NCBI GenBank assembly: GCA_038134565.1
Contig: JAYPVK010000005.1
Span: 26,695 to 90,694 of the forward strand
Length of the DNA: 64,000 nt
Reading direction: 5' to 3'
Origin: Pseudomonadales bacterium
GTDB taxonomy: Bacteria > Pseudomonadota > Gammaproteobacteria > Pseudomonadales > Pseudohongiellaceae
A program made the translations under genes and the position numbers. The notes beneath the pieces are model-generated. The model ran no database searches, had not been told where the DNA came from, and saw only the letters and a program-made list of their open reading frames with translations. The stretch's first letter is position 1, and each line of letters starts with the position of its first letter. Positions 35,144-47,002 of this stretch are shown piece after piece.

Positions 35144-36166
35144 TTACTTCTTCTTGGTAGTCGTCTTCTTGCGTGCTGGTGCCTTACGCTTGGCGGCGGC
35201 CTTCTTCGTAGTAGTCTTCTTCTTGGCTACTTTCTTTTTCGCCGTCTTTTTCTTCGCTACCTTTTTCTTCGCCGTTTTCTTCTTGGCTACTTTCTTCTTC
35301 GCCACCTTCTTCTTGGCTACTTTCTTCTTCGCCACTTTCTTCTTGGCTACCTTCTTCTTGGTGGCCTTCTTCTTGGCTACCTTTTTCGTGGCGGCCTTCT
35401 TCTTGGCTACCTTCTTCTTCGCAACTTTCTTGCGAGCAGGCGCCTTGCGCTTGGCCACTTTACGCTTGGCCGCCTTCTTGGCTGCCGCGCGACGCTTCAC
35501 CGTCTTTTTCTTGGTGGCTTTTTTCTTGGTCGCTTTTTTCTTGGTGGCCTTCTTCTTGGCTACCTTCTTCTTGGCTACCTTCTTCTTGGTGGCCTTCTTC
35601 TTGGCTACTTTCTTCTTAGCCGTTGTTTTCTTGGCTACCTTCTTCTTGGCTACCTTCTTTTTCGCCGTCTTCTTCTTGGCTACTTTCTTCTTGGCTACTT
35701 TCTTCTTCGCCACTTTTTTCTTGGCTACCTTCTTCTTCGCAACTTTCTTGCGAGCAGGCGCCTTGCGCTTCGCGACCTTGCGCTTGGCCGCTTTCTTGGC
35801 CGCTGCGCGGCGCTTCACCGCTTTCTTCTTGGTGGCCTTCTTCTTGGCTACCTTCTTCTTCGCCGTCTTCTTCTTGGCTACTTTTTTCTTGGTGGCCTTC
35901 TTCTTGGTAGCCTTTTTCTTGGTTACTTTCTTTTTGGCTGTCTTTTTCTTGGCAACCTTCTTCTTAACCTTGCGCTTTACTGCTGCAACCTTCTTTTTGG
36001 CGACTTTCTTCTTCGCCGTGACCTTGCGCTTCACAGCTGCCTTCTTCTTGGCAACCTTCTTCACTGCAGTTACTTTACGTTTTACTGCTGCCTTCTTCTT
36101 GGCTACCTTCTTCTTAGCCGTCTTTTTCTTCGCTACTTTCTTAGCCATTTTCGACCTCGCTACCAT
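35144..36166 (-). CDS. histone H1-like / AlgP-tail-like Lys/Ala-rich repeat protein
   Basis: 340-aa ORF made almost entirely of (V/T/A)AKKK pentapeptide-type repeats with KRKAPARKK islands. A second ATG at 36148 has the better SD (GAGG) and may be the real start. Confidence 0.75.
   Translation of the reverse strand: MVARSKMAKKVAKKKTAKKKVAKKKAAVKRKVTAVKKVAKKKAAVKRKVTAKKKVAKKKVAAVKRKVKKKVAKKKTAKKKVTKKKATKKKATKKKVAKKKTAKKKVAKKKATKKKAVKRRAAAKKAAKRKVAKRKAPARKKVAKKKVAKKKVAKKKVAKKKVAKKKTAKKKVAKKKVAKKTTAKKKVAKKKATKKKVAKKKVAKKKATKKKATKKKATKKKTVKRRAAAKKAAKRKVAKRKAPARKKVAKKKVAKKKAATKKVAKKKATKKKVAKKKVAKKKVAKKKVAKKKVAKKKTAKKKVAKKKTAKKKVAKKKTTTKKAAAKRKAPARKKTTTKKK
35421..35828. repeat. 318-nt (106-codon) higher-order tandem duplication inside the Lys/Ala-rich gene
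   Basis: The non-trivial anchor GCAACTTTCTTGCGAGCAGGCGCCTTGCGCTT...CGCTTCACC occurs at 35421 and again at 35739. It encodes [29 protein letters not shown] twice. A third partial copy lies near 35170. Confidence 0.8.
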
Positions 36167-36212
36167 TTCTCAAAGTTAAGTTACTAAGTACTACATACCT
36201 TGATTATGCCCC

Positions 36213-36974
36213 CTAACGACGCTTGCTGGTCTTCCGTTTACCAGCTGACTTGCTTCGCTTGGTTGCTACCTTTTTGCCAGCCGCCTTTTTCCTGTTTGGC
36301 GGCTTGCCCAAAACCTTTTTCTTGCCAGTCTTCTTCTTTATCGGCGATTTCTTGCCAACTTTCTTCTTGGCTTTCCTGGTGGCCTGCTTTTTTGCGGCTC
36401 GCCTGGCAGCTGCCTTGGCTTTTTCAGCTACCGTCCTGGCGTCTTCCTTCACCTTGCTCGCCGCTTTCGTAGCGACAATTCGGGCCTTCAATGCATCTTT
36501 TCGTGCCTGCCTGGCTGCTTTCGCCGCATCGGCTTTGGCGCGTTCCCGCTTCCATTTCGCAGTAAACGCGGCAATTGCGTTCTGGAGATCGGCTTCGGCT
36601 TTGGCGGCTTCGGCCAGTTTTCTGACTCTCTCCCTGACAGCTAATTCAGCTGCTCTGGCTTTCGCTTTCGCTGTTCGGATTCTGGCGTCAATTGCCGCAA
36701 CTCGTGCAGCGGCCTTTTGAGATGCGTTCTTCGCACTCTTTGCCGCTCGTTTATCCTTTGCCGTTCTTGTTTTTGCCGCTACCTTTTTAACCGTAGCCGC
36801 TTTCTTCTTGGCAGCGGTTAGTGCTTTTGCTGCCGTCTTTGCTTCTTGATCAAGCCTCTTGACGGTTGCTTCAGCGTTGCTTAAAGCCACACTACTAATT
36901 TTCTTGGAAGTCACCTTTCGCTTCGCTGGCATTTTCTTGCTCTTGGCGGGTGATTTCTTTTTAGCTTTAACCAT
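36213..36974 (-). CDS. basic coiled-coil protein with Lys-rich tails (AlgP N-domain-like flavour)
   Basis: About 253 aa. It has a Lys-rich N-tail (VKAKKKSPAKSKK), a long Ala/Lys/Arg/Glu helical middle and a Lys-rich C-tail (KKVGKKSPIKKKTGKKK). ATG at 36974 (GTG at 36977 in the ORF track). It ends 46 nt upstream of the repeat-protein gene. Confidence 0.7.
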   Translation of the reverse strand: MVKAKKKSPAKSKKMPAKRKVTSKKISSVALSNAEATVKRLDQEAKTAAKALTAAKKKAATVKKVAAKTRTAKDKRAAKSAKNASQKAAARVAAIDARIRTAKAKARAAELAVRERVRKLAEAAKAEADLQNAIAAFTAKWKRERAKADAAKAARQARKDALKARIVATKAASKVKEDARTVAEKAKAAARRAAKKQATRKAKKKVGKKSPIKKKTGKKKVLGKPPNRKKAAGKKVATKRSKSAGKRKTSKRR

Positions 36975-37062
36975 CACTTTGTCTGGTTATCTACAAGTTA
37001 TAGTTGCTATGAGAACCAAATCAAGACAACTAACACCTGTTGCTCGCGGCAACATATCACAG

Positions 37063-37091
37063 TTTTTATTTAGCAAACAACAAACTGTCAA
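37063..37091 (-). promoter_or_regulatory. candidate sigma70 promoter for the Lys/Ala-rich gene pair
   Basis: The minus strand reads TTGACA (37091..37086), a 17-nt spacer, then TAAAAA (37068..37063). It lies about 90 nt upstream of the 36974 start. Confidence 0.4.
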
Positions 37092-37364
37092 TCATTTTGC
37101 ATGTGGATGAACACGATTTATTTCCTGTTTGCACGCAAAAAAACCACCTGCAAGTGGCGCTAATCTTTTATTTCGCTTGTTAATTAGAAAACTTTAAGAA
37201 AACTGAACAAGATTTTGATCAATTCATTCAGAAAATATGAGGTAGTGTTCACAGTTTTGGTGCAATTAATCAGCAAGTTATTTGCCAACTTTCAAGTTAC
37301 GAACAAATTTACTCATCGTCGCAGGCGTTAAATTTAAACCTTCTTGTCTTGTTTTGTATCAGGC

Positions 37365-37389
37365 AAAAAAACCCGGGCGCATGCCCGGG
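37365..37389 (-). terminator. rho-independent terminator of adk
   Basis: The minus strand reads CCCGGGC-atgc-GCCCGGG followed by TTTTTTT, about 47 nt after the adk stop. Confidence 0.85.
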
Positions 37390-37435
37390 TTTCGCTGCTG
37401 CCTGAAAATTAGGCTATTATCGCTGTGTGGATAAC

Positions 37436-38982
<1,547 letters not shown>

Positions 38983-39003
38983 TCGAAACTTCCCCTGGAT
39001 GTG

Positions 39004-40398
39004 TCATGCCTTCTCAAACAACGCGATGGATTCCACGTGGGTGGTGTGAGGAAACATATCCATTACCCCCGCAGATTTCAATTCATAGCCCGCCTCAATC
39101 AATACCGCGCTGTCTCGCGCCAGGGTGGCAGGATTGCAGGACACGTACACTATGCGCGCCGCATCCAGTGCCGCCACTTCCCTCATGATCTCGAGCGCGC
39201 CGGATCGCGGCGGATCCAGCAGCACCTTGTCGTACCTCTGCTGCGCCCACTCCTTGTCAGTGATCGATTTGCTCAGGTCGGCGGCATGAAACTGTGCGTT
39301 GTCTATGCTGTTCAGCCGGGCATTTTCATAACCCCGATCCACCATGGCCGCACTGCCTTCTACACCGACTACCCGTTCGCAGTACTTCGCGGCGGCAAGG
39401 GTGAAATTTCCCAGGCCGCAGAACAGATCAAGCATCGCCTCGCCTGGCTGCAACTGCAGCATGGAAATCGCACGGCTCACGATCTGCCGATTGATGGAGC
39501 TGTTAACCTGGGTGAAATCCTGCGGATGGAATTTAAGCCGCAGGTCGAATTCAGGCAGGAAATAACTAAGTCTTTCCTCACCCTCTGGCCACAGTTTGTG
39601 GACACTGTCTGGCCCTGCAGGCTGGAGATAGAGCTGGAAAGCCTGTTGCCTGGCGAATTCGAGCAGTGCCGCCGTATCAGACTCCGAGAGAGGCTTCAAA
39701 TGCCTGAAGATGAGTGCTACTGGCTGCGCTTTTCCAGCGACAGCGGGATCAGCAGCGTCGGCCTGATCGGGGTCTGCTACCTCTCCCACCGCCACTTCTA
39801 TCTGCGGAATATCCATCGCGCCTTCGAGGCTCATGATGAATTCCCGCAGTCCGGGAATCAGTGTGGCAACGCTGCGGTCCAGAATCTGGCAATCCTGCAT
39901 GTCCGTGATGAAACTCGAGTACTTCTCCCGGAAACCGACCAGTGCCCCGCCTTTCTTCATCACCACCCGAATCGCCAGCCTGGCTTTCTTGCGATAGTGA
40001 TCGGTATCGCCACGTAGTTGCGGCAGTAATTCGAATTCGCCTGTCCCCAGACCTGTCGCATGTCGCAACTGATCCAGAAGCACCGATTCCTTCAGGTTCA
40101 CCTGCTCATCGCTGTGCAAATGGCGCAAGGAACAACCGCCACAGCGCCCAAAGTATTCACAACCAGGGTCCACGCGCAGCGCAGAGGGTTCAATGACTTC
40201 GAGTGTGGCAAATTCATCGAAGCTGGAGCGTCGTCGCACGTATTTCGCCGTCACCTTTTCGCCAGCCAATGCGCCGTCGACGAAACCCACCTTGCCATCG
40301 ATGCGGCTCACACCCCGGCCTTCATGGTTCAGGGACTCTATTTCCAGGCTCACAGCCTCGGTTGGCAGAGCTCTGCGATGTCGTCTTCGGCAACTCAT
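39004..40398 (-). CDS. rlmD: 23S rRNA (uracil1939-C5)-methyltransferase RlmD
   Basis: 464 aa with a TRAM-like N-terminus, an Fe-S Cys cluster (CEYFGRCGGCSL), the SAM motif LDLFCGLGNF and DPPRSG. Confidence 0.9.
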   Translation of the reverse strand: MSCRRRHRRALPTEAVSLEIESLNHEGRGVSRIDGKVGFVDGALAGEKVTAKYVRRRSSFDEFATLEVIEPSALRVDPGCEYFGRCGGCSLRHLHSDEQVNLKESVLLDQLRHATGLGTGEFELLPQLRGDTDHYRKKARLAIRVVMKKGGALVGFREKYSSFITDMQDCQILDRSVATLIPGLREFIMSLEGAMDIPQIEVAVGEVADPDQADAADPAVAGKAQPVALIFRHLKPLSESDTAALLEFARQQAFQLYLQPAGPDSVHKLWPEGEERLSYFLPEFDLRLKFHPQDFTQVNSSINRQIVSRAISMLQLQPGEAMLDLFCGLGNFTLAAAKYCERVVGVEGSAAMVDRGYENARLNSIDNAQFHAADLSKSITDKEWAQQRYDKVLLDPPRSGALEIMREVAALDAARIVYVSCNPATLARDSAVLIEAGYELKSAGVMDMFPHTTHVESIALFEKA

Positions 40399-40422
40399 GA
40401 TTTATCGTGAAGTGTGCCTTGT

Positions 40423-41328
40423 TCAGCGCGGAGCGGCCTGAGGCGAGAATACCCCCGTAGAGAGGTAGCGATCGCCCCGGTCGCAGACGATAGCCACTAT
40501 CGTCGCCTGTTCCAGTTCCCTGCTAAGTTGCAATGCGGCATGCACCGCGCCACCGGAGGATACGCCACAGGAAATACCTTCTACGGTTGCCATGGCGCGC
40601 ATGGTGGTCTCGGCATCCAGCTGATCGATATCCATGATCTGGTCCACGCGGCTGCGATCGAAAATCTTCGGCAGATACGCTTCGGGCCAACGTCGAATGC
40701 CTGGAATTTTTGATCCATCCTTCGGTTGCAAGCCTATAATCTGCACATCCGGATTCTGCTCCTTCAGGTAGCGCGACACCCCCATGATCGTTCCCGTGGT
40801 CCCCATGGAACTCACGAAGTGGCTTACCTGCCCCCTGGTATCGCGCCAGATTTCCGGCCCGGTGTGCACATAATGCGCATTGGGATTGTCCTGGTTGGCA
40901 AACTGATCGAGCACCTTGCCCTCACCCTTGCGGAGCATTGTCATCGCAAGGTCCCGGGCACCTTCCATGCCCTGCTCTGCAGTCACCAGGATCAACTCTG
41001 CACCATAGGCCAGCATGGACGCCTTGCGTTCATCACTGAGATTGTCCGGCATGATCAGGGTCATCCGATAACCCTTCATGGCCGCCACCATGGCCAGCGC
41101 AATGCCGGTATTCCCGCTGGTGGCCTCGATCAGCCTGTCCCCCGGCTTGATATCGCCCCGCAACTCCGCCTGCAGAATCATGTTGTATGCCGGTCTGTCC
41201 TTCACCGACCCGGCTGGGTTGTTCCCTTCCAGCTTTACCAGCACCTTGTTGCTGGTATCTCCAGGCAGGCGCTGTAGCTGAACGAGCGGCGTGTTGCCTA
41301 TCAGTGCTTCGATACTGGGATAGGTCAT
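40423..41328 (-). CDS. cysM: cysteine synthase B
   Basis: 301 aa, PLP enzyme with LEGNNPAGSVKDR and TSGNTGIALA motifs. Confidence 0.9.
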   Translation of the reverse strand: MTYPSIEALIGNTPLVQLQRLPGDTSNKVLVKLEGNNPAGSVKDRPAYNMILQAELRGDIKPGDRLIEATSGNTGIALAMVAAMKGYRMTLIMPDNLSDERKASMLAYGAELILVTAEQGMEGARDLAMTMLRKGEGKVLDQFANQDNPNAHYVHTGPEIWRDTRGQVSHFVSSMGTTGTIMGVSRYLKEQNPDVQIIGLQPKDGSKIPGIRRWPEAYLPKIFDRSRVDQIMDIDQLDAETTMRAMATVEGISCGVSSGGAVHAALQLSRELEQATIVAIVCDRGDRYLSTGVFSPQAAPR

Positions 41329-41466
41329 GGTGGGATAGTGGGCGCGAATTGCGGCTGATTTAGGGAGCGCTGAATTCTACACTTAAAGCATTGGAGGAGA
41401 AAGTAAGCCCTACTCCTCCAGGCCGGAAATAGTCATGGGGGAAAACAGGCTAGCAGCGGGAAACTG

Positions 41467-42180
41467 TCAACGCACAAACAGATTTCGGCTATTAAGCGGC
41501 TTGTCACCCAGATGGGCGGCAAGTGCCTGGCGCAACAGGCGCTTGGCGGACCTGGCCGCGGCAGGATCATCGAGTTGCATCTCTCTCAGCGCAATGAGAT
41601 GTGCTCCACTGTAGTGCCTGGGGTTGTCTGAATCGGCATCGATATGAGCGCTGGATTCGAAGCCGATGTCGGGAGTGAATTGATAGATGGAGTCGGCTGC
41701 TATCGGCTTGTGGTCGTGGAAATCTTCCGTGAGATTGATGGCATAGCCCAGGTCTGCGAGGAGATTGAGTTCGAAGCGGCGCAGGACCGGTTCATAGTTG
41801 CTATGGTTCTGCAGTCCCGCGAGAGTTTCCTGATAGCTGCTGTAGATTGCGGCATGCTCTTCCTGGTTTAGCAACAGACGAACCAGCAATTCGTTGATGT
41901 ACATGCCGCTGAAGAGTCGTTCACCCACCAGTTGAATCGCGACATGCTGGCTTTCCAGCGAAGTCAGGGTCTTTATTTCGCCACGGCCCGAAAATGAAGC
42001 CAGCAAGGGCTGGAAGAGTTGCAACAGGGAGCGGTAACGGGATTTCTCGCGCCGCGCGCCCTTGGCAATGGCTTTTACCCGACCATAGTCGTAGGTGAAG
42101 AAGTCAACCAGCAGAGAGGTGTTTTGAAAGGGCCTGCTGTGCAATACGTAGGCCGGCTGCAGGGTTACCCGGGTTTCCAC
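41467..42180 (-). CDS. recO: DNA repair protein RecO
   Basis: 237 aa with LQPAYVLHSRPFQNTSLLVDFFT, in the conserved era-recO order. GTG start. Confidence 0.9.
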   Translation of the reverse strand: METRVTLQPAYVLHSRPFQNTSLLVDFFTYDYGRVKAIAKGARREKSRYRSLLQLFQPLLASFSGRGEIKTLTSLESQHVAIQLVGERLFSGMYINELLVRLLLNQEEHAAIYSSYQETLAGLQNHSNYEPVLRRFELNLLADLGYAINLTEDFHDHKPIAADSIYQFTPDIGFESSAHIDADSDNPRHYSGAHLIALREMQLDDPAAARSAKRLLRQALAAHLGDKPLNSRNLFVR

Positions 42181-42194
42181 TGTTCAACTCTGGC

Positions 42195-43103
42195 TTAGCG
42201 CTCAATGTAACCCAGGGAATGCAGAGCACGTTCGTCATCGGCCCAGCCGGATTTCACCTTCACCCAGAGATTAAGCATGACCTTGCAGGAGAATGCGGTT
42301 TCCATGTCGACACGGGCGGCGGAACCGATCTGCTTCAGGCGCTCGCCATCCTTGCCCACCAGTATTTTTTTCTGTCCGGGCTTGTCCACCAGTATCAGGC
42401 CATGGATGTGCAGGGTCTTGCCTTCCTGCTTGAACTGTTCTATTTCGACGGTGACCTCGTAGGGCAGTTCATCCCCCAGCTGCCGGGTTACTTTTTCACG
42501 GATCAGTTCAGCGGCGAGAAAACGTGAACTGCGGTCGGTTACCTGATCGTCCGGAAACAGGAACGGTCCCTGCGGAAGATTCTTCTTCACGAGCTGTTCC
42601 AGGGTATCCAGGTTGTGACCGCCCAGTGCCGAGACGGGAACGATCTCGGCGAATGCGAAGCGTTTGGACAGCTTTTCGATCTGGGGCAGCAAACGAGCCT
42701 TGTCCTGCATGAGATCGACCTTGTTGATAACCAGCAGCACAGGAACCGATATCTTCTGCAGGTGCTCCAGCACCAGTTCGTCACCGGCGTTGAAGGCGAG
42801 TTGCTCAACGACAAACAGGACGGCGTCGACGTCGTTCAGGGTGCTGAGCACCGTCTCGTTCATGACCCTGTTGAGGGTTTTGGTTTCTTTGCCATGCAAG
42901 CCCGGCGTATCGACGTAGATACATTGATACTGCCCTTCCGTGTGAATACCCAGAATACGATGACGCGTGGTTTGCGGCTTGCGCGAAGTGATGGAAATTT
43001 TCTGGTGCAGCAAGTGATTGAGCAAGGTGGACTTGCCTACATTTGGCCGGCCCACTATCGCCACGAAGCCACAATAGCTTGCGCTACTCTCTTCATCTGT
43101 CAT
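42195..43103 (-). CDS. era: GTPase Era
   Basis: [18 protein letters not shown]1 motif and a KH domain. ATG 43103 lies 17 nt after the rnc stop. The longer ORF to 43169 would overlap rnc. Confidence 0.94.
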   Translation of the reverse strand: MTDEESSASYCGFVAIVGRPNVGKSTLLNHLLHQKISITSRKPQTTRHRILGIHTEGQYQCIYVDTPGLHGKETKTLNRVMNETVLSTLNDVDAVLFVVEQLAFNAGDELVLEHLQKISVPVLLVINKVDLMQDKARLLPQIEKLSKRFAFAEIVPVSALGGHNLDTLEQLVKKNLPQGPFLFPDDQVTDRSSRFLAAELIREKVTRQLGDELPYEVTVEIEQFKQEGKTLHIHGLILVDKPGQKKILVGKDGERLKQIGSAARVDMETAFSCKVMLNLWVKVKSGWADDERALHSLGYIER

Positions 43104-43119
43104 ACGAGAATTCCAGGTC

Positions 43120-43791
43120 TTAACCGTCCAGTAGTTGCAGAGTGCGCCGGGCAGCTTCCTGCTCGGCAATGCGTTTGCTGCTTCCCGTACCCTGCTGCGC
43201 GGTAGGCAATACAGCTACCGCACATTCTACTAGGAATTCCTGAGCATGCGCCTCTCCCCGGGTCTCAAGCACCCGATAGCTGGGTAATTGCTCTCCACAA
43301 GCCTGCATGCGCTCCTGCAGTTGGGTCTTGAAGTCCTTGTCAACGACCGCTTCTGGCTGGTCCAGCTTCGCCCCCGCCAGACGCACTACCAGTTCGGAAC
43401 ACTGTTTTATGCCTCCGTCCAGGTAGACCGCCGCCACCAGGGCCTCCAGGGTATCGGCGAGCACAGAGGCGCGCCTGCGGCCGCCACTACCAGCCTCCCC
43501 CTTGCTGAGCACGAGATGATCTCCGAGACTAATCGACTTCGCCATTTCGGCCAGGCTGGATTTCTTCACCAGCGCGGCCCGCATGCGAGTCAACTCACCT
43601 TCACTGGCCTCGGGGTTTTTCTCGAACAGAATCTCTCCGATGATGAAATCCAGCAGCGCGTCACCGAGGAACTCCAGTCGCTCATTATGGGTCTTGCTGG
43701 CGCTGCGGTGAGTCAGCGCCAGTCTGGCAAGGGATGGATCTTGGAACTGGTAGGAGAGCCTGGCTTGAAGTAAATCGAGATCGATTGCCAT
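43120..43791 (-). CDS. rnc: ribonuclease III
   Basis: 223 aa with the [10 protein letters not shown] signature and a dsRBD C-terminus. Confidence 0.96.
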   Translation of the reverse strand: MAIDLDLLQARLSYQFQDPSLARLALTHRSASKTHNERLEFLGDALLDFIIGEILFEKNPEASEGELTRMRAALVKKSSLAEMAKSISLGDHLVLSKGEAGSGGRRRASVLADTLEALVAAVYLDGGIKQCSELVVRLAGAKLDQPEAVVDKDFKTQLQERMQACGEQLPSYRVLETRGEAHAQEFLVECAVAVLPTAQQGTGSSKRIAEQEAARRTLQLLDG

Positions 43792-44178
43792 TTACTGGAT
43801 GGTTGTATCAAAAACAGCGACGATATCCAGGTTGGCTATCATCGGCAGGCGACGCTCATAGGCGATGGTGATAATCGCCTGACCGTTTTCCTTGCGCATG
43901 CGAATATCGTCGAGGTTGAAGCCAGTCACATTGTTGATGCGCAGGCTGTTACTGACCCGTGATCGCAGATCACTGACATTCATGTTATTGGCCTCACCGT
44001 TGTCCACCAATTCCTGGCAGATATCGGTGATGAGATTATGATCGATATACAGGGGACCCACCTTGAGACCCACGGTAAAAAACAGGCCAATCAGGACTGC
44101 GACCAACAGTATTCCGGACTTGGAAACACCGCGCTGACTCTCCAGACTCTTTACTGAAATCGATGACAATGTATTCAT
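43792..44178 (-). CDS. DUF4845-like small membrane-anchored protein
   Basis: 128 aa with one N-terminal TM helix. It occupies the conserved slot between lepB and rnc seen in Pseudomonas-like genomes. Its stop abuts the rnc start. Confidence 0.7.
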   Translation of the reverse strand: MNTLSSISVKSLESQRGVSKSGILLVAVLIGLFFTVGLKVGPLYIDHNLITDICQELVDNGEANNMNVSDLRSRVSNSLRINNVTGFNLDDIRMRKENGQAIITIAYERRLPMIANLDIVAVFDTTIQ

Positions 44179-44340
44179 GTTTGACTCTCGTTAAAAAATC
44201 TCTCGATGTAGTGGTATCCGTGCCAGGGATATCGATGTGATTATACCCGCCAGCAGGATTGCCGCTTGCGCGGCAGGCGCAGGATCAGCAGCTTTAACTT
44301 AGACCCTGCTGCGAACAAATACCGCTACGAGGGTCACATT

Positions 44341-45180
44341 CTAGTTAATTGCCTTGTTGCGCGAAAAACTCGGCAGGTTAAACCCTGGCTCCTTGTGCAT
44401 CCAGACCGCTATCGCCTTCCCGACTATGTCTTTTTCGGGTACTGCACCCCACTCGCGACTGTCGCTGCTATTATCGCGATTATCCCCCATCATGAAGTAA
44501 TGCCCGTTGGGTATTACCCAGGTGGTGCGTGTGCGCCTATTCAGCGCGGCATCGATATGCTGAGTGGAATGCTCAATGCCATTGATGGTTTCCGTATACA
44601 ACTTCCCTGGCAGTTCGCCGATGCTTGTATCAACTGATATATCGGCCACATACTCCTTATCGATTAATTCGCCATTGATATAGAGGTTCTTGTCCTCGTA
44701 GCGGACTGTGTCCCCCGGCAGGCCGATCACCCGTTTGATGTAGTAACTATTCTCATGAGGGGGAATGAACACCATAACCTCTCCCCTCTGCGGGTCATCC
44801 ACATCCATAATCTTGGTCCCGATAACCGGGAGGCGGAGGCCATAGGCATATTTATTCACCAGGATAAAATCCCCTACCTCCAGGGTCGGGATCATGGAAC
44901 CAGTGGGAATCTGGAATGGCTCCACCAGGAATGAGCGCAGAACGAGCACAATCCCCAGCACCGGAAAGAATGATTTCGCGTATTCGATAACCAGCGGTTC
45001 CCGAGCCAGTTCTTCCAGTTCGGCTTCCAAGGCGTCTTCCGACTTGTTCCTGGCAGCGGATTGCCGGTGTTGCTCTACCGCCTCTTCGCGAGGTTTCTTG
45101 AGCACCAGGCTGTCCAGGAGCCAGAGGGCACCACAGAATGCCACCAGACACACCAGGACCAGGGAAAAATCTATATCCAT
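44341..45180 (-). CDS. lepB: signal peptidase I
   Basis: 279 aa with the IPTGSMIPTL catalytic Ser box, plus GDNRDNSSDSR and YIKRVIGLPGD boxes. Confidence 0.95.
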   Translation of the reverse strand: MDIDFSLVLVCLVAFCGALWLLDSLVLKKPREEAVEQHRQSAARNKSEDALEAELEELAREPLVIEYAKSFFPVLGIVLVLRSFLVEPFQIPTGSMIPTLEVGDFILVNKYAYGLRLPVIGTKIMDVDDPQRGEVMVFIPPHENSYYIKRVIGLPGDTVRYEDKNLYINGELIDKEYVADISVDTSIGELPGKLYTETINGIEHSTQHIDAALNRRTRTTWVIPNGHYFMMGDNRDNSSDSREWGAVPEKDIVGKAIAVWMHKEPGFNLPSFSRNKAIN

Positions 45181-45202
45181 TCTTCTGCCTTCTACCTAAG
45201 AC

Positions 45203-47002
45203 TCAAGAGTCTACTTTAAGCACCGCCAGGAAGGCTTCCTGAGGCACTTCCACATTACCCACTTTCTTCATGCGCTTCTTGCCTGCCTTCTGCTTTTCCA
45301 ACAGTTTCTTCTTGCGGGTAATATCACCACCATAACACTTTGCCGTGACATTTTTCCGCAGGGCCTTCACCGTTGAGCGGGCGATGATCTGTCCGCCAAT
45401 GGCTGCCTGTATCGCCACATCATATAGCTGGCGAGGGATAAGCTCTTTCATCTTCTCCACCAGCTGGCGACCCTTGTGCTGGGCATGATCCCTGAACACG
45501 ATCAAAGCCAGCGCATCGACCCTGTCGCCGTTTATCAGTACATCCAGACGCACGAGATTCGATGGCTCGAAGCGGTCAAAGTGGTAGTCAAGGGACGCAT
45601 AGCCACGACTCACCGATTTCAGGCGATCGAAGAAATCCATGACTACTTCATTCATCGGCAATTCATAGCGCAATGACACCTGCTTGCCGATGAACTGCAT
45701 ATCTTTTTGCACGCCCCGCTTTTCCACACACAGGGTAATGACATTGCCCAGGTATTCCTGAGGGACGAGTATATTGGCCACACAGATGGGCTCTCTCATC
45801 TCCGCGATATTATTCACCGCGGGCAGACTGGATGGACTATCCACCTTGATCACGTCGCCATTTTCCAGTTTCACCTCATAGACCACCGTCGGAGCTGTGG
45901 TGATGAGGGATAGATCGTACTCCCGCTCCAGGCGCTCCTGGATGATCTCCATGTGGAGCATGCCGAGAAAGCCGCAACGGAAACCGAAACCGAGCGCGTC
46001 GGAATTTTCCGGCTCGTAATACAGGGAGGCATCATTCAGGGTCAGCTTTTCCAGGGCATCACGGAAATCTTCGAAATCATCGGAAGATACCGGAAACAGA
46101 CCCGCATAGACCTGGGGCTGTATGCGCCTGAAGCCGGCCAGTGCAGCCACGTTCGGGGTCTTGGCCAGGGTCAGGGTGTCACCGACCGGCGCGCCGTGAA
46201 TGTCCTTGATGCCAGCCTCCACGAATCCCACCTCGCCAACGGACAGGCTGCCAGTGGTTGTCCGCTTGGGCGAGAAGACACCGACATTGTCTACCACGTG
46301 AGCCTTGCCAATGGACTTAGCGATGAGCTTCTCATTCTTGTGCAACTGCCCCTGCATGACCCGCACCAGGGACACGACACCCAGGTAATTGTCGAACCAT
46401 GAATCGATGATCAGGGCCTGCAGATCGGCTTCCTTGTCGCCCTTGGGTGGAGGTACCTTGGCAATGATCTCTTCGAGGATGTCTTCGATACCCAGCCCGG
46501 TCTTAGCACTGGCGCAGACTGCCTCGCTGGCATCGATACCGATGATCTCCTCGATTTCCATGCGCACGCGATCCGGATCTGCCTGCGGCAAATCCATCTT
46601 GTTCAATACCGGGATAACTTCCAGCCCCTGTTCTATGGCGGTGTAACAGGTGGCAACGGACTGCGCCTCCACACCCTGCCCGGCATCAACTACCAGCAAG
46701 GCACCCTCGCACGCCGCCAGGGACCGGGATACTTCATAGGTAAAATCCACATGCCCCGGGGTATCGATAAAATTGAGCTGATAGGTCTCACCATTGCGCG
46801 CCTTGTAGTAAAGGGTCACGCTCTGGGCCTTGATGGTGATACCTCGCTCGCGCTCGATATCCAGGTTATCCAGAATTTGTTCGGCCATTTCCCGTTCGGT
46901 CAAACCGCCGCAATGCTGGATGAAGCGATCGGCAAGAGTGGATTTGCCATGATCGATGTGGGCAATGATGGAGAAGTTGCGTATGTGGCTTAGATCTGTC
47001 AC
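45203..47002 (-). CDS. lepA: translation elongation factor 4 (LepA)
   Basis: 599 aa with [20 protein letters not shown] and the LepA C-terminal domain. GTG start. Confidence 0.97.
   Translation of the reverse strand: MTDLSHIRNFSIIAHIDHGKSTLADRFIQHCGGLTEREMAEQILDNLDIERERGITIKAQSVTLYYKARNGETYQLNFIDTPGHVDFTYEVSRSLAACEGALLVVDAGQGVEAQSVATCYTAIEQGLEVIPVLNKMDLPQADPDRVRMEIEEIIGIDASEAVCASAKTGLGIEDILEEIIAKVPPPKGDKEADLQALIIDSWFDNYLGVVSLVRVMQGQLHKNEKLIAKSIGKAHVVDNVGVFSPKRTTTGSLSVGEVGFVEAGIKDIHGAPVGDTLTLAKTPNVAALAGFRRIQPQVYAGLFPVSSDDFEDFRDALEKLTLNDASLYYEPENSDALGFGFRCGFLGMLHMEIIQERLEREYDLSLITTAPTVVYEVKLENGDVIKVDSPSSLPAVNNIAEMREPICVANILVPQEYLGNVITLCVEKRGVQKDMQFIGKQVSLRYELPMNEVVMDFFDRLKSVSRGYASLDYHFDRFEPSNLVRLDVLINGDRVDALALIVFRDHAQHKGRQLVEKMKELIPRQLYDVAIQAAIGGQIIARSTVKALRKNVTAKCYGGDITRKKKLLEKQKAGKKRMKKVGNVEVPQEAFLAVLKVDS

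Noticed and set aside
35144-36166. The repeat arrays (pentapeptide-coding repeats, and the heptamer tract at 60427..60454) considered as CRISPR-like
   Set aside because: The periods are 15 nt and 7 nt with no unique spacers, no palindromic 25-40-nt repeat units and no cas genes. They are a coding low-complexity repeat and a microsatellite.
35060-36187. Long plus-strand ORFs (375 aa and 341 aa, plus a 95-aa one) full of LLLG/FFLAT repeats, lying opposite the Lys/Ala-rich gene
   Set aside because: They are mirror-frame artefacts of the AAG/GCC-rich repeat. Their products would be implausible poly-Leu/Phe proteins. They lack an SD, and the terminator and promoter geometry fits the minus strand.
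41329-41466. Hairpin GGAGGAG-13 nt-CTCCTCC downstream of recO as a terminator
   Set aside because: The loop is large and no T-run follows on the recO strand, so I am not confident it is a terminator.
44179-44340. Promoter-like TATAAT (minus strand, about 44240) upstream of the DUF4845-rnc-era operon
   Set aside because: There is no acceptable -35 element or extended -10 at the right spacing. It is plausible but not supportable from sequence alone.
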